DNA from: Octopus sinensis
Lineage: Eukaryota
Direction of reading: 5' to 3'
NCBI RefSeq assembly: GCF_006345805.1
Contig: NC_043004.1
Span: 24,552,001 to 24,616,000, forward strand
DNA length: 64,000 nucleotides
In this document: positions 41,973 through 53,559 of the stretch, in pieces
Layout: every line of letters begins with the position of its first letter
Numbering within the stretch: position 1 is the stretch's first letter
The notes under the pieces: model-generated
Told to the model about the DNA's origin: nothing
The model's input: the letters and a program-made list of their open reading frames with translations, nothing else
Databases searched by the model: none
Translations under genes and position numbers: made by a program

Positions 41973-42583
41973 ACAAACCAGCCTCCCAAACGCTCAGGAG
42001 GAATGCAGGCAAAAACCACTAAATGGCAAAAACCCGAGTAGAGTCAAGGACCTTGATGCCAGGCAAACCTTTACACATCATTGGTTGACATAATCTTTAC
42101 ATATTAGTGGCTGACATGCTTGGGTCTCAAGCCAGAAACTGATGTGGTGGTGATGGAGAATCTCCGTTTCACAATGAGGATTCAGTTGTCGAGTCAATTG
42201 AATTACGTTCTGAATAAACGTTTATGTGGCTGGCTATTAAACGCATCAACACCTTATGCAATTCTCGGGGCAGACTCGTTGTGACTTAGAGTGTAATAAG
42301 TTTGTGTCGTTTGAATTCCAGATACAATGCGCTAGACGAGCTTCTATCGACGAGTTTCAGTCTGCCCAGTTTCACTCATAATGTATAGGTCGACCTGTGG
42401 TTATGTAAATAATACATGCTGCGGATAGAACAAAGTTGAATCGAACCACGGAGCTAGTGGTTGCGGAGCAGACTACTCAGCACGATGATATATACAGAGA
42501 GAGGAGAGACAGACAGAGACAGACAGAAACAGAGAAAGACAGAGTCAGAAAAATAGAGGAAAGGAAGAAAGGCGTATAAATAC

Positions 42584-42996
42584 CTATTTTTTATTACCCA
42601 CAAGGGGCTTAACACAGAGGGGACAAACGAGGACAGACATAGGTATTAAGTCGATTACATCAACCCCAGTGCGTAACTGGTACTTAATTTATCGACCCCG
42701 AAAGGATGAAAGGCAAAGTCGACCTCGGCGGAATTCGAACTCACAACGTAACGCAGACGAAATACCTATTTCTTTATACCACAAGGGTTTAAACACAGAG
42801 GGGACAAACAAGGACAGACATAGGTATAAGTCGATTACATCGACCCCAGTGCGCGTACTGGTACTTAATTTATCGACCCCGAAAGGATGAAAGGCAAAGT
42901 CGACCTCGGCGGAATTCGAACTCACAACGTAACGCAGACGAAATACCGCTAAGCATTTCGCCCGGCGTGCTAACGTTCCTGCCAGCTCGCCGCCTT
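42584..42996 (-). mobile_element. Dimeric SINE family A (tail type 2) with 17-bp TSD
   Basis: Junction gaaatac|ctatttc at 42765/42766; aaaggcgtataaatacc at 42568-42584 and 43014-43030. Confidence 0.9.
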
Positions 42997-43334
42997 ATAA
43001 ATATACCCCTTATAAAGGCGTATAAATACCGGTTGACTTGAGGATGTATATTAACGTAGAGCACAAACTACAGATTACAGAATAAACAGAAATGAAAGTA
43101 AAACAGAAAAGAAGAATTTTTCTATAAGTTTTTCTTTGTTTTAATTTCTTCTTTCTTTATTCTGTAATCCGTATTTTGTATGCCATCTAAAGATACACTT
43201 TAAGCCTATCGGTGATAATCTGCTTTATACAAACATACGTACATACATACAGAGAGACATGCATGCATGCATACATACATACATACATACATACACAACA
43301 TACATACATACTACATACATACATACATACATAC

Positions 43335-43543
43335 AGGGGACAAACAAGGACAGGCAAAGGGATTAAGTCGATTACATCGACCCAAGTGTGTAACTGGTAC
43401 TTAATTTATCGACCCCAAGAGGATGAAAGGCAAAGTCGACCTCGGCGGAATTTGAACTCGGAACGTAACGACAGACGAAATACGACGAAATACGACTACG
43501 CATTTCGCCCGGCGCGCTAACGTTTCTGCCAGCTCGCCGCCTT
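43335..43543 (-). mobile_element. SINE family A in (TACA)n
   Basis: Reverse complement of core and head. Confidence 0.9.
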
Positions 43544-44160
43544 CATACATACATATATATACATACATACATATATACATGCATACGTGCATATATACAT
43601 GCATACATACATACATGCATACATACATACAAATATACATACATACATACATACATACATACATACATACATACATACATACATACATACATACATACTT
43701 GTAAGTAGGAAGAAGTATGAATGCCGACAAGATTAAACACGGTGAAACTTGAAAATATTTAACGTCTGCAGTTACTCACTTGACATATCTACCTGTTTTG
43801 CTAACTACATTTGCTCATTAGATACATAAAACTTACCAATCTACATGTTTTCTACCTGTACAGTAAACATATATATGCTTGAAACAACTACACTTCCTGT
43901 GTGGCTAAACGATGGGAGATAACTCTACATACCTTATCTTGTTTAATACATGTCCGATTAATTATCAGGCGTTGTTATCTAACATTTTTGCCTATGGACC
44001 CTTTCATTCCTATTTTAGTCTACTGACCCTCGTATCCATTCAATGTTTTTTTTTTAAATCCTATTCTATTTTTATGATTAAGTGTAATTAAGAATTGAAT
44101 TTGAAAAAATTGTTGAATTATGACCAATTTTTATACATAAATTTTAACAACTAAATCTTA

Positions 44161-44204
44161 CGTGGACCCCTAAACGTCATGTGGACCCCTGTTGAGAAAC
44201 ACTT
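44161..44204. mobile_element. hAT-type MITE terminus
   Basis: gtggacccct twice, then gttgagaaacact (inverse of the cagtgtttctcaac hAT terminus); other end not found. Confidence 0.4.
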
Positions 44205-44439
44205 GTTATAAAGCAATGCGTCGCAAAATGTTTTTATACTAAATATTTCCTTTGATTAACACGTTTTCAAAGATTCCTTGCTAAGATCCTATATCTACCA
44301 CCAACCCATTCACCTTGCAGCTTTAATGTACTCATGTATATATGATACGCCATAAAGTTAAACCCTTTATGGACAGGAAATGTAAGATAATCCCATAAAC
44401 CATACCCATTTTTAACAGACAGACAGATGAATACGTACA

Positions 44440-44507
44440 TGCATTATATATATATAGATACAGATATCGATAGATACATATACAGACATACCTACATATA
44501 TACATAC

Positions 44508-44551
<44 letters not shown>

Positions 44552-44781
44552 AATATGTATATATATATAAGACATATACAGATATATGTATATACATATA
44601 GATACATACATAAATATATATATATTATATTTATATATATATATATCAATATATATGGATAGATAGATAGATAGATAGATAGAAGATAGATAAATATAAA
44701 TATATAGATATAAATATATATATATAAACATATATATATAAAAATATATAATAAATATATATATACATATAAATATATATG

Positions 44782-44814
<33 letters not shown>

Positions 44815-44823
44815 GAGAGAGAG

Positions 44824-44862
<39 letters not shown>

Positions 44863-45070
44863 AATAGATCGATAGATAGATAGATATAGATAGATAGAAA
44901 ATAGACAGATAGATAGATAGATAGATAGATAGAAGATAGATAGATAAATAGATAGATAGATAGATATAGAGTTAAATACATACATACATACATACATACT
45001 ACATACATAATACATATTTATATAATATATATAATATATATATACAGATATAGTATATACATATAGATCA

Positions 45071-45105
<35 letters not shown>

Positions 45106-45187
45106 ATGTGTGGTTTATATAGATATATATATATATTATATATACATACGTATATATACATATATATAAAGATATATATATATATAG

Positions 45188-45230
<43 letters not shown>

Positions 45231-45283
45231 AAATATATAAATAAATAAATATAAAATAAATAAATATATATATATATATATAT

Positions 45284-45354
<71 letters not shown>

Positions 45355-45362
45355 ATATATAT
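44440..45362. repeat. Compound TA/GATA/GA/TACA microsatellite, ~0.9 kb
   Basis: Direct reading. Confidence 0.95.
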
Positions 45363-45529
45363 TTCTTGTTAGATTGACAGTATACGACCATTCTATCGCC
45401 CCACCACCGTACATGTCTCTACGAGAGATTTAGAAATTCAATATTTCTTATTTTGATAATCAGTGAATAAACTTCACTGAATATATGTATATACAATTAC
45501 GAGGTCGAGGCAAATATCACCAGCCGACC

Positions 45530-47295
45530 TATTTTTTTTTTTTTTTAGGAATCGTTATTCTGGTGTGTTGGTTTCGAGTGCGTCATTGTGAAGAGGTTGT
45601 GAGTTCGAGTTCGTTGCTGGGGGACGTGGTGAATTTTATTTGGAGATTTTTGAAAATGCAAGACCAGACGTATGCGAGAGCAGCAGGCAGAGGCGTGGTA
45701 GCGAGTGAACTAGAAATGGAAGAAGTGGTAGTCGAGAAGAAGACTTTAGAAAAATATTTCGACAGTTTGAAGAGGGAGGGTGACTGCTTGAGAGTCACAC
45801 CGTCCGGAAGAAGAAGAAAACAACGCGGAGAAACGTATGATAACATACAGGACATGGTGTGTGGCGTCAAGAAAAATAGAAGTAGCAGAGACGGAAGAAA
45901 TAGAGAAATGTCTGCAAGGAATTGAGGGTGAACCTACCTTTTTCAACAGAGGAAGAAAGTATGGTACGGTGGTGGTACACTTTAAAAATGAAAATGAAGC
46001 AAGAAAGAATGCAACAAAAATTCTGAAATCTGAAAGGTGGACTTTATTACCTAGTTACTGCGGAAAGAGGGCAGTCAGAATAAGAATTAGTAGGATTTCG
46101 CCCGAACTTAACATGGAGAGAATATTAGCGGCAGTAGTTTTCAATTGCAAGGAAAGTGTGGAGTTGGTGAAGGTGGAAAAGTCAACAGAAGTTAAGTGGT
46201 GGGGATATGCGGTACAGGTTGGTTCTGGCACATATAACCGTGCCAGACCTATACAACATCCCGGAGGAGTTGGTCTTCCCTGATGAGACACGGCTTAGAG
46301 TCGTGGTAGAGGGAAGACCTCCAGTTTGTTATAATTTCAAATTAAGAGGCCACATGAAGGATGTGTGCCCGCTGGAGAAAACGATAGCACCGGAGGCTGT
46401 AACGAAGGAGTGAAAGATACGTGTGTGGAGGAGGGGGAAGTGCAGGAGGAAACGAAAGCAGTGGAGGCGCCAAACGAGAGAGCAGCTAATTGAGGATGTG
46501 GAAGAAGAACGTGCAAGTGCAGAGGATGAAAGAAACAGAAGATAGGAAAGAACAAGGGTGGAATCACCACCGAAAGTTCTAAAAAAGAAAAAAATCAAAA
46601 GCAAGATAGCAGAAGAAAAAGAAGAGAGAACGTGCAAAGAAAAGGAAGTAAAAGAGAAGGCGAGAGAGCAGACAATGACAGAGGCTGACCAAGAATGGGA
46701 GACAAAAGTGAAAGAGCAGTTGGAAGCTTGTAAAAAGGGAAGAAGACATGTAGGAAAAAACCTGAAAGCATTCGTGATGTATATCAAAGACAGAAGTGGA
46801 AAAAAGACTTGCAGGTAGGAAAGGATTGATCAGGCTGAAGTTGCACCCAAAACTGTATGGTGACGATGTGAAAGGGGTAGTTATAGAAAAAGAGACATTT
46901 ACAAAATTGAAAAGGATATTTAATGCTGTTTATGTAGCGGAATATGTACGTTATGACAATTTGCCAAATGTGATAGACCAGATGGAATTGATAGAGTACA
47001 TGACGGACGAACGTCCAATATAAAAGAACTGGAATATATGTAATGTTAAAATGTAAAATTGTAAAATGTAAAATTGTATTTTGAACTGGAATATATGTAA
47101 TTGTAAAATTGTAAAATGTAAAATTGCATTTTAAACGGAACTGCGAGTTGGGGGGGGGGCTCGTAAGCCGTTCCATCTAACTCATTACACATAATTCATC
47201 TTCATTTCATATTTTATTTTTTACTTTATGTACCCCACGTCCTGTCTTGTAATGTCCCCTCTGCATTCGGGCCATCGTGCCCATAATAAAGATAT
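45530..47295 (+). mobile_element. ORF1-only L1/Tx1-derived non-autonomous retroposon with 17-bp TSD
   Basis: TSD aatatcacc(a/g)gccgacc at 45513-45529 and 47296-47312; gag-like ORF; no EN or RT; Tx1-like 3' terminus ...CATAATAAAGATAT. Confidence 0.8.
45656..47023 (+). CDS. Gag-like ORF1 protein (~450 aa if about six frameshifts are repaired)
   Basis: N-terminal TYARAA, RVVVEGRPPVCYNFKLRGHMKDVCP zinc knuckle (second C now F), long E/K-rich region; ORF-track pieces 45485, 45837, 46207, 46558 and 46796 join up. Confidence 0.75.
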
Positions 47296-47317
47296 AATAT
47301 CACCGGCCGACCGGTGT

Positions 47318-47375
47318 CTGCTACTCTAGGCCGATGAAGGACAACGATCCTGAAACACGGTGTCCCTAGATGCAG
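47318..47375 (+). ncRNA. Type I hammerhead ribozyme with CCGAUGA (U4C) core
   Basis: Stem I TCTAGG/CCTAGA plus CTGC/GCAG, core CCGATGA, stem II AGGA-caacga-TCCT, GAAA, stem III ACA-cgg-TGT, predicted GUC cleavage after 47364. Confidence 0.85.
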
Positions 47376-47620
47376 TTCCGGCGGCCGGGGGTGTTTGTCT
47401 CCCCTTCGTATATGTATATAAGGACACAGGGAAAAAATGTGTCCAAAGCTATCAGGAGGCGTTCGATGCTTCCTAGGGCTATACAGCGGTGGTGTACCCC
47501 TACTGTCACGTTCTTGTTAGATTGACAGATACAACCATTCTATCGCCCCACCACCATACATGTCTCTACGAGAGATTTAGAAATTCAATATTTCTTATTT
47601 ATATATATATATATTATATA

Positions 47621-47678
<58 letters not shown>

Positions 47679-47699
47679 AATATATATTATATATAATTA

Positions 47700-49800
47700 T
47701 TATGCAAGACACACCCCATGAAGATCTGCAAACAAATCTAAGTGTCGAATCCTAGAAATAGAAAATCTCTCATAAGGAAAATTAAAAGAATTAACAAAAA
47801 GATCAACATGCTGAAATACTGTCAACAGCAACACACCAACCTGACTGCCATCTCGTCGCTAGAGATTAAAAAAACATAAACTCCAAAACAACATGATGTC
47901 TATCATCAATTGTCAGCGAAGAGCTGAAGAGGCCTGGGCCATTGAGAAGATCAAACTCAATCCCAAAGTGTTCTTTTCATTTGCAAAAAAAAAACACAGA
48001 GTCACTGGTTCTACTGTTGGCCTCTGATTGATGAAAATGGAAAATACTCTTCAAGACAATGCCAAAACCATGGGAGAGATATTGCAGAAACAATATTGCT
48101 CTGTTTTCAGCAATCCTGATATGACTGATCTGGGCTGTATCAGTGATGTTACTCCCCAATACACTTTATCGGACATAACATTTGGAGCTCCTGATGTCTA
48201 GCAGCAATAAAGGAAATGAAGCATAATTCAGCAGTAGGTCCCGATAGGTTCCCTGCTTGTGTCTTGAAGAGTGGTCAAAACCAACTTGCACCCCCTCTAG
48301 CCAATCTCACTGGATGCTGGATATATACCAGAAGACCTTCTATCCCCATCTGTTGTCCCAGTTTCAAAAAAGGAAACAAATCGCTTGCCGTGAATTACCG
48401 TCCAATCTCACTCACCTCTCATATCATCAAGGTATTTGAGAGAGGTGCTGAGATCGCGTATGACTCACTTCCTTGAGAGTCATAATATGCTGAACCCCAA
48501 CCAGCATGGATTCCGTAATGGAAGAGATTGCCTGACGCAGCTACTGCATCATTTTGATGACATTTTGAGAGCCTTGGGAGAAGGTTCCAACACTGATGTA
48601 TCTACCTTGATTTCAGCAAGGCCTTTGACAGGGTTGATCATAAGATCCTTCTGAGAAAGCTGTCCAATATTGGTGTCACTGGAAAGCTGCTGCAGTGGAT
48701 CAAGTGCTTCCTGTCTAACAGAACCCAACATGTTGTAGTCGAGGGAGTCAAATCCAGCCCAGCCAAGTCAGCAGTGGTGTCCCACAAGGCACTGTGTTGG
48801 GCCCACTTCGCTTCATCATCTACATAAATGATATTACTGACACCATCAAACACAGTAACTCAGAACCTTCGCTGATGATTCCAAGCTCCAGAAGGTATCA
48901 ATGGCGTGGATGACCGAATAAACCTTCAGTCAGACCTACTGGCTGTTGTCCAATGGGCGGAAAAGAATAACATGTTGCTAAATGAAGACAAGTTCGAACT
49001 GATCCACTTTGGTGGGGAGGACGCTCTGAAACTCCCATACTCTCTTCCTTCTGGAGAATCGAGAAATCTCATGGCATCCAACAACATCAGAGACTTGGGA
49101 GTAACAGTGGACAACAACATAAGCTGGGCTACACATATAAGCAGCAAAGTTGACATGGCCCGCAGAATGTGTTCCTGGATTCTCAGAACCTTCCAGTCGA
49201 GAGATTCCCACGCTATTATCCTTCTCTTCTCCACTTTTGCCCGACCCCACCTTGAATACTGCTGTCCACTGTGGTCCTCCCTACACAAAACAAAATATTA
49301 TGAGAATTGAAGCTCCCCAAAGGTCAATCACAAAAAAGATAGATGGCATGTCAGACCTTGACTACTGGGGTAGACTAGAGAAGCTGAAATGAAATTGTAT
49401 TCACTCCAACGACGCCGTGAACGCTACATTATCTGTATGATGTGGAAAATATTCCATCAGCACTGTCCGAATGATGTTGGCATCACCTTCCTTCAAAAAA
49501 TACATCCCAAGGTCTTGGACCACGTGCCATCCGTCCACAACAGAAATCAAATGCATCACATAACGACATTACACCAGGATACGTCAAAAAAGATACTGAC
49601 CACCAAAATTCAAGAAGTCTTTGGACAAATTCCTTCAAACAGTACCGGACAAACCACCCACACCCGGATATGTCTCCGCAAACAATAACTCTCTGCTCGA
49701 ATGGGCCTTGGTGCCAAATCCTGAACTGAAAGACTTCGCCAGGTGTGCTATTAAGTTAGACATGGCCTGGGCCACTACTGGCCAAAAACCTTTCTAAGTT
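47700..49800 (+). mobile_element. CR1-like LINE (RT domain and 3' end), 5'-truncated, frameshifted
   Basis: [68 protein letters not shown]. Confidence 0.95.
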
Positions 49801-49957
49801 ATTCTAAGTTATATATAAATATTATATATATATATATATATATAAATATATATTATATATATATAAATATATTATGTATATATATAAATATATATCATAT
49901 ATAAATATATATTATATATATAAATATATATTATATATAAATATATATTATATATAT

Positions 49958-50305
49958 ATTGCTGACGTGCCGATGACAGTACTGCCTGATTGGCAATCGT
50001 GCCAGTGGAACGTTAAAAGCACCATCCGAGCGCGATCGTTGCCAGGGCCGCTGACTTCTCCCGTTCCGATGGCACGTAAAAAGCACCATTCGAGCGTGAT
50101 CGTTGCCGGCGTCGCCTCACTGGCACATGTGCCGGTGGAACCTAAAAGCACGCACTACACACTCTGTGTTGTTGGCGTTATGAAGGGCATCCAGCGGTAG
50201 AAACTTTGTCAGATCAGAATGGAATCTGGTGCAAACTTCTAGCTCAGCAGTCCTAAATCAAACCGTCCAACCCATGCCAACATGGAAAGCGGAAGTTAAG
50301 CAAGA
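49958..50305 (+). mobile_element. Non-coding repeat with ~65-bp internal tandem units and RTE-like tail
   Basis: Units start at 50000, 50065 and 50130; tail gaagggcatccagcggtagaaac...ccaacccatgccaacatggaaagcgg. Confidence 0.7.
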
Positions 50306-50720
50306 TGACAGCAAAGTGCAGACAGCTGATAGAATGGATACAGAGGTCGTTCAAGACAAAAGACCAAGAAATTATGTTGACCCTGTGGAGAACCTTTGTT
50401 CTCAGCCGCCTAGACTACTGTTACCAGTTATGGTCACCATATAGTGCCAAACTTACATCGGAGCTTGAAGCATTCCAACGTAACTACATGAAAAAGATTG
50501 AAATTGTACAGTAGATGAGCTATAGGGATAGGTTGAGAAAACTACAGTTCTACTACTCGGAGCGAAGGCGTGACAGATGCGCAAGAACGTACATATGGAA
50601 AATCCTACAAGGGCCAGTACTTAACTTTGGCATTGAGTGTTATACAAATGCCAGAACCGGTAGCCATTTTATTGTACCGAAGGTACCGGCCACTCTATCT
50701 AAATTCATGACCAGTTACTG
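50300..50720 (+). mobile_element. CR1-like LINE C-terminal fragment
   Basis: TLWRTFVLSRLDYCYQLWSP, ELEAFQR, SYRDRL, ERRRDR, IWKIL. Confidence 0.85.
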
Positions 50721-50758
50721 CAAAAGTCTACATATATATATATATATATGTGTGTGTG

Positions 50759-50795
<37 letters not shown>

Positions 50796-50980
50796 AATAT
50801 ATATATACAAAACTTATAAACAAGGGCAAAAGAAAAATCATTTCTATGCCAATATGCTGAGAATAGGCTTTAAATTGTCAATTTCCACATTTCATTATAC
50901 ATTCACTATAAATACATAGATATATATAAATACATATATATATTTACATAAATATATATATATGTGTGTGTGTGTGTGTA

Positions 50981-51035
<55 letters not shown>

Positions 51036-51124
51036 GTGTGTGTGTATGTATATATAACTATTTGAACAATTTCAAAATGTTTTTGCTGCAAAGCTGCGGT
51101 CACCGTTGACTAAGCTGCACCATT

Positions 51125-51657
51125 ATTTGGAACCTCCTCTGATATGTGGCATCTTGTCAATGAGGGAGTTTGGTGCTGCTGCACTTATCTATGTTTCCTG
51201 TCGTGAGGTAGGCTCGCCTGGAACCCGTAAGAAGGAAGAAATCCAGTTTTGCTTTAAAGGCAATTACATCTACACCATGCAGGTCTATCAGGCATTTTGA
51301 AAGGATATTAAAGAGCTGTGGACCCTTGAAGTCCAAGCTGTTGCAGTATCTGGTCCTGTATTTTGATGGCGATGCTGGGATCTTTGGTACTATGCAGTGG
51401 CACCCCGTTCTGCAGTTTGAGTAACTTTCAATGCCAAAGTTTGGTACAAGGCCTTCTAGGATTTTCCAGATGTATATCACTGCATATCTCTCCCGCCTTC
51501 GTTCCAGAGAGAAGAGTTTTAATTCTTTAAGTCTTTCCCAGTAGCTGACATGTTGCATCGAGACGATTTTCTTAGTGTAGCTTCGTTGGATCACTTCGAG
51601 TTCCGCCGTGGATTTTTTATTGTGTGGTGACCGCAGCTGAGGAAGTATGTCCTCCAA
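51125..51657 (-). mobile_element. CR1-like LINE C-terminal fragment
   Basis: ELEVIQRSYTKKI, SYWERLKELKLFSLERRRERY, IWKILEGLVPN. Confidence 0.9.
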
Positions 51658-51689
51658 AGGATCATCAATGTCTCCTTTTCTCTTCGGAG

Positions 51690-51957
51690 GATCCAGCCAG
51701 TCAGCCGTCCAGAATACAAGGCCTAGTGCTGTGTCTCGGGTTAACGGTTATCCTGTGCCGATGAAGAGAAATAACTCAGAAACCATGGTCCGTAGTACCA
51801 TTTAAGGCTGAGTAGGGACATTAGCTCCCTTATTCGAGGTATAAGCACACAGTCGTGCGTCGGTAGCCAGCTGGAAAATATGTTTCCCTGTGGCTAAAAA
51901 AGGTAGTAACACCATCCTAATCAGGACTGCCGATTTACGTTGTCAAATAGATTTTAC
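51690..51957 (+). mobile_element. Second retrozyme-like hammerhead element, followed by (TC)n
   Basis: Hammerhead at the tip of a long imperfect rod (gaatacaagg/ccttattc, ctagtg/cattag, ctcgg/ctgag); tataagcacacag 50 nt after the cleavage site; boundaries approximate. Confidence 0.65.
51753..51795 (+). ncRNA. Type I hammerhead ribozyme with CCGAUGA core, palindromic stem III
   Basis: CTGTG/CGTAG stem I (two G-U pairs), CCGATGA, a-GAG-aaataa-CTC-a, GAAA, ACCATGGT, C17 at 51790. Confidence 0.7.
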
Positions 51958-52032
51958 TCTCTCTCTCTCTCGCTCTCTCTCTCGCTCTCTCTCTCTCGCT
52001 CTCGCTCTCTCTCACTCTCTCACTCTCTCTCA

Positions 52033-52075
<43 letters not shown>

Positions 52076-52164
52076 TGTATAATGGAAAAATAAATAGAGA
52101 GATTACAGGTTAATGACAAAATTACTCTAAACTGCGATATCTTCGCAATATTGATATATTAGAT

Positions 52165-52380
52165 AAGGTAGCAAGCTGGCAGAATCGTTTGCCCGTCGGG
52201 CAAAATGCATAGTGACATTTCATTCGTTTTTATGCTCTGAGTTCAAATTATGCCCAGGTTCACTTTCCCGATCATCCTTTCTGGGTCGATAAAATAAGTA
52301 CCAGTTGAATACTTGGGTCGATGTAATCGACTTATCTGCTTCTCCGAAATTGCTGATCTTGTGCAAAAATTTGAAATCAA
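52165..52380 (+). mobile_element. SINE family A
   Basis: aagctggcagaatcg, gagttcaaatt, gggtcgataaaataagtaccag. Confidence 0.85.
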
Positions 52381-52851
52381 ATTATCATATTCCATTATTT
52401 GATTAAGGCGGTAGTTCTCAACTCAATAAGTGTTGAACAAATATTTGTGTGTGCGCGCTCGCACATATAGATATATGATATAAATTCAAACATGCACACA
52501 TACACATCTATTTGGCGCGCATGCAAATAGATGTGTATGTGTGTGTGTTTGAATTTGCTTAAGCCGTCATAAACGGTAGGCGGTTTCGGGAACAAACGGT
52601 CGTGTGCTCAATCGTTTGTGAGCAATAAATCTGTTTACTATTGTATAGTAAATGAATATTACATTTTATTTCATTAACGACAACACCTTTATAAACAAGT
52701 AACACTCACCGATTGGTATACTAAATATAAATGTATATATTTATGGATTTATCTATACACAATCGGTTGCTATGGCACTGAAGTAGATCCGGCCACCCCC
52801 GTTATCGGGGACAAAGCCCGGATTTAAAACACTGGATGAAGATGATGATGA

Positions 52852-52888
<37 letters not shown>

Positions 52889-52891
<3 letters not shown>

Positions 52892-53259
52892 GGTGATATT
52901 CGAAAGTCGCCATACTTAGGAATAATTTATCTTTTTATAAGAAACAGTTTATAAGAACAGTTGCTTTTTTTATTTAACAGACTCTATATGGTTACCATTG
53001 TTTTGAATACACATTGCAATACATTTACCCCCCCACTCATTATGAACTCGTAATAGCACATCTGGTGATACATGTGCAAACTGAGTTGGTGATGCGTTCC
53101 TTCAAATGCTTTATGTCTTATCTTTCCGCAATACACTGTCTTTTAAATGCCCCCAAAGACAGAAATCAAGAGAGGTCATATCAGGGGATCTAGAGGATCT
53201 TATAAGCTGTTTCTTTTTAAAAAGAATTTCCTATGTATGGACACTTTTGAATCGTCCTG
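52889..53259 (-). mobile_element. Internally deleted Tc1/mariner derivative (MITE-like)
   Basis: Imperfect TIRs 52889-52915 and 53235-53259; minus strand RSPDMTSLDFCLWGHLKD transposase C-terminal motif. Confidence 0.8.
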
Positions 53260-53559
53260 TCTATATAATATTGTGTTTACAGTTAGCTGCACGGTTGTTA
53301 CGTTACTGTTGAGTTTAGAACTATGCGTAGAATATCATCATCCAGCCTGCTGCCGGTATCGTGGTATGCTTCCTACTGTTCTAATAGCACAAGGCATTTG
53401 ATCTGTGTGACATAAAACTATAAAGTGCTCCGCTGATGATCTGTTGTAGTTCAGTATCCATTTGCACTTGGAATATCTAATGCAAATGTTGCAAATGCAT
53501 ATAGTGATCAAAAGTACCTAGGAGACAAACGATACAAACTTGTGTTTATCATAACTTCA

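Larger units (their letters stand above)
45363..47600 (+). mobile_element. Retrozyme-like hammerhead element (~365-bp unit, partial tandem) in (TA)n, interrupted at 45530-47295
   Basis: Terminal direct repeats 45363-45453 and 47511-47600 (three differences); type I hammerhead; stem I pairing restored across the insertion. Confidence 0.8.

Noticed and set aside
44314-44420. Possible minus-strand exon ending at AAG|GTGAAT
   Set aside because: No acceptor AG at the expected position and no recognisable protein
45363-47600. Initial reading as a single LTR-like element with its own gag
   Set aside because: The repeats lack TG...CA ends, and the 17-bp TSD plus restored base pairing show two nested elements
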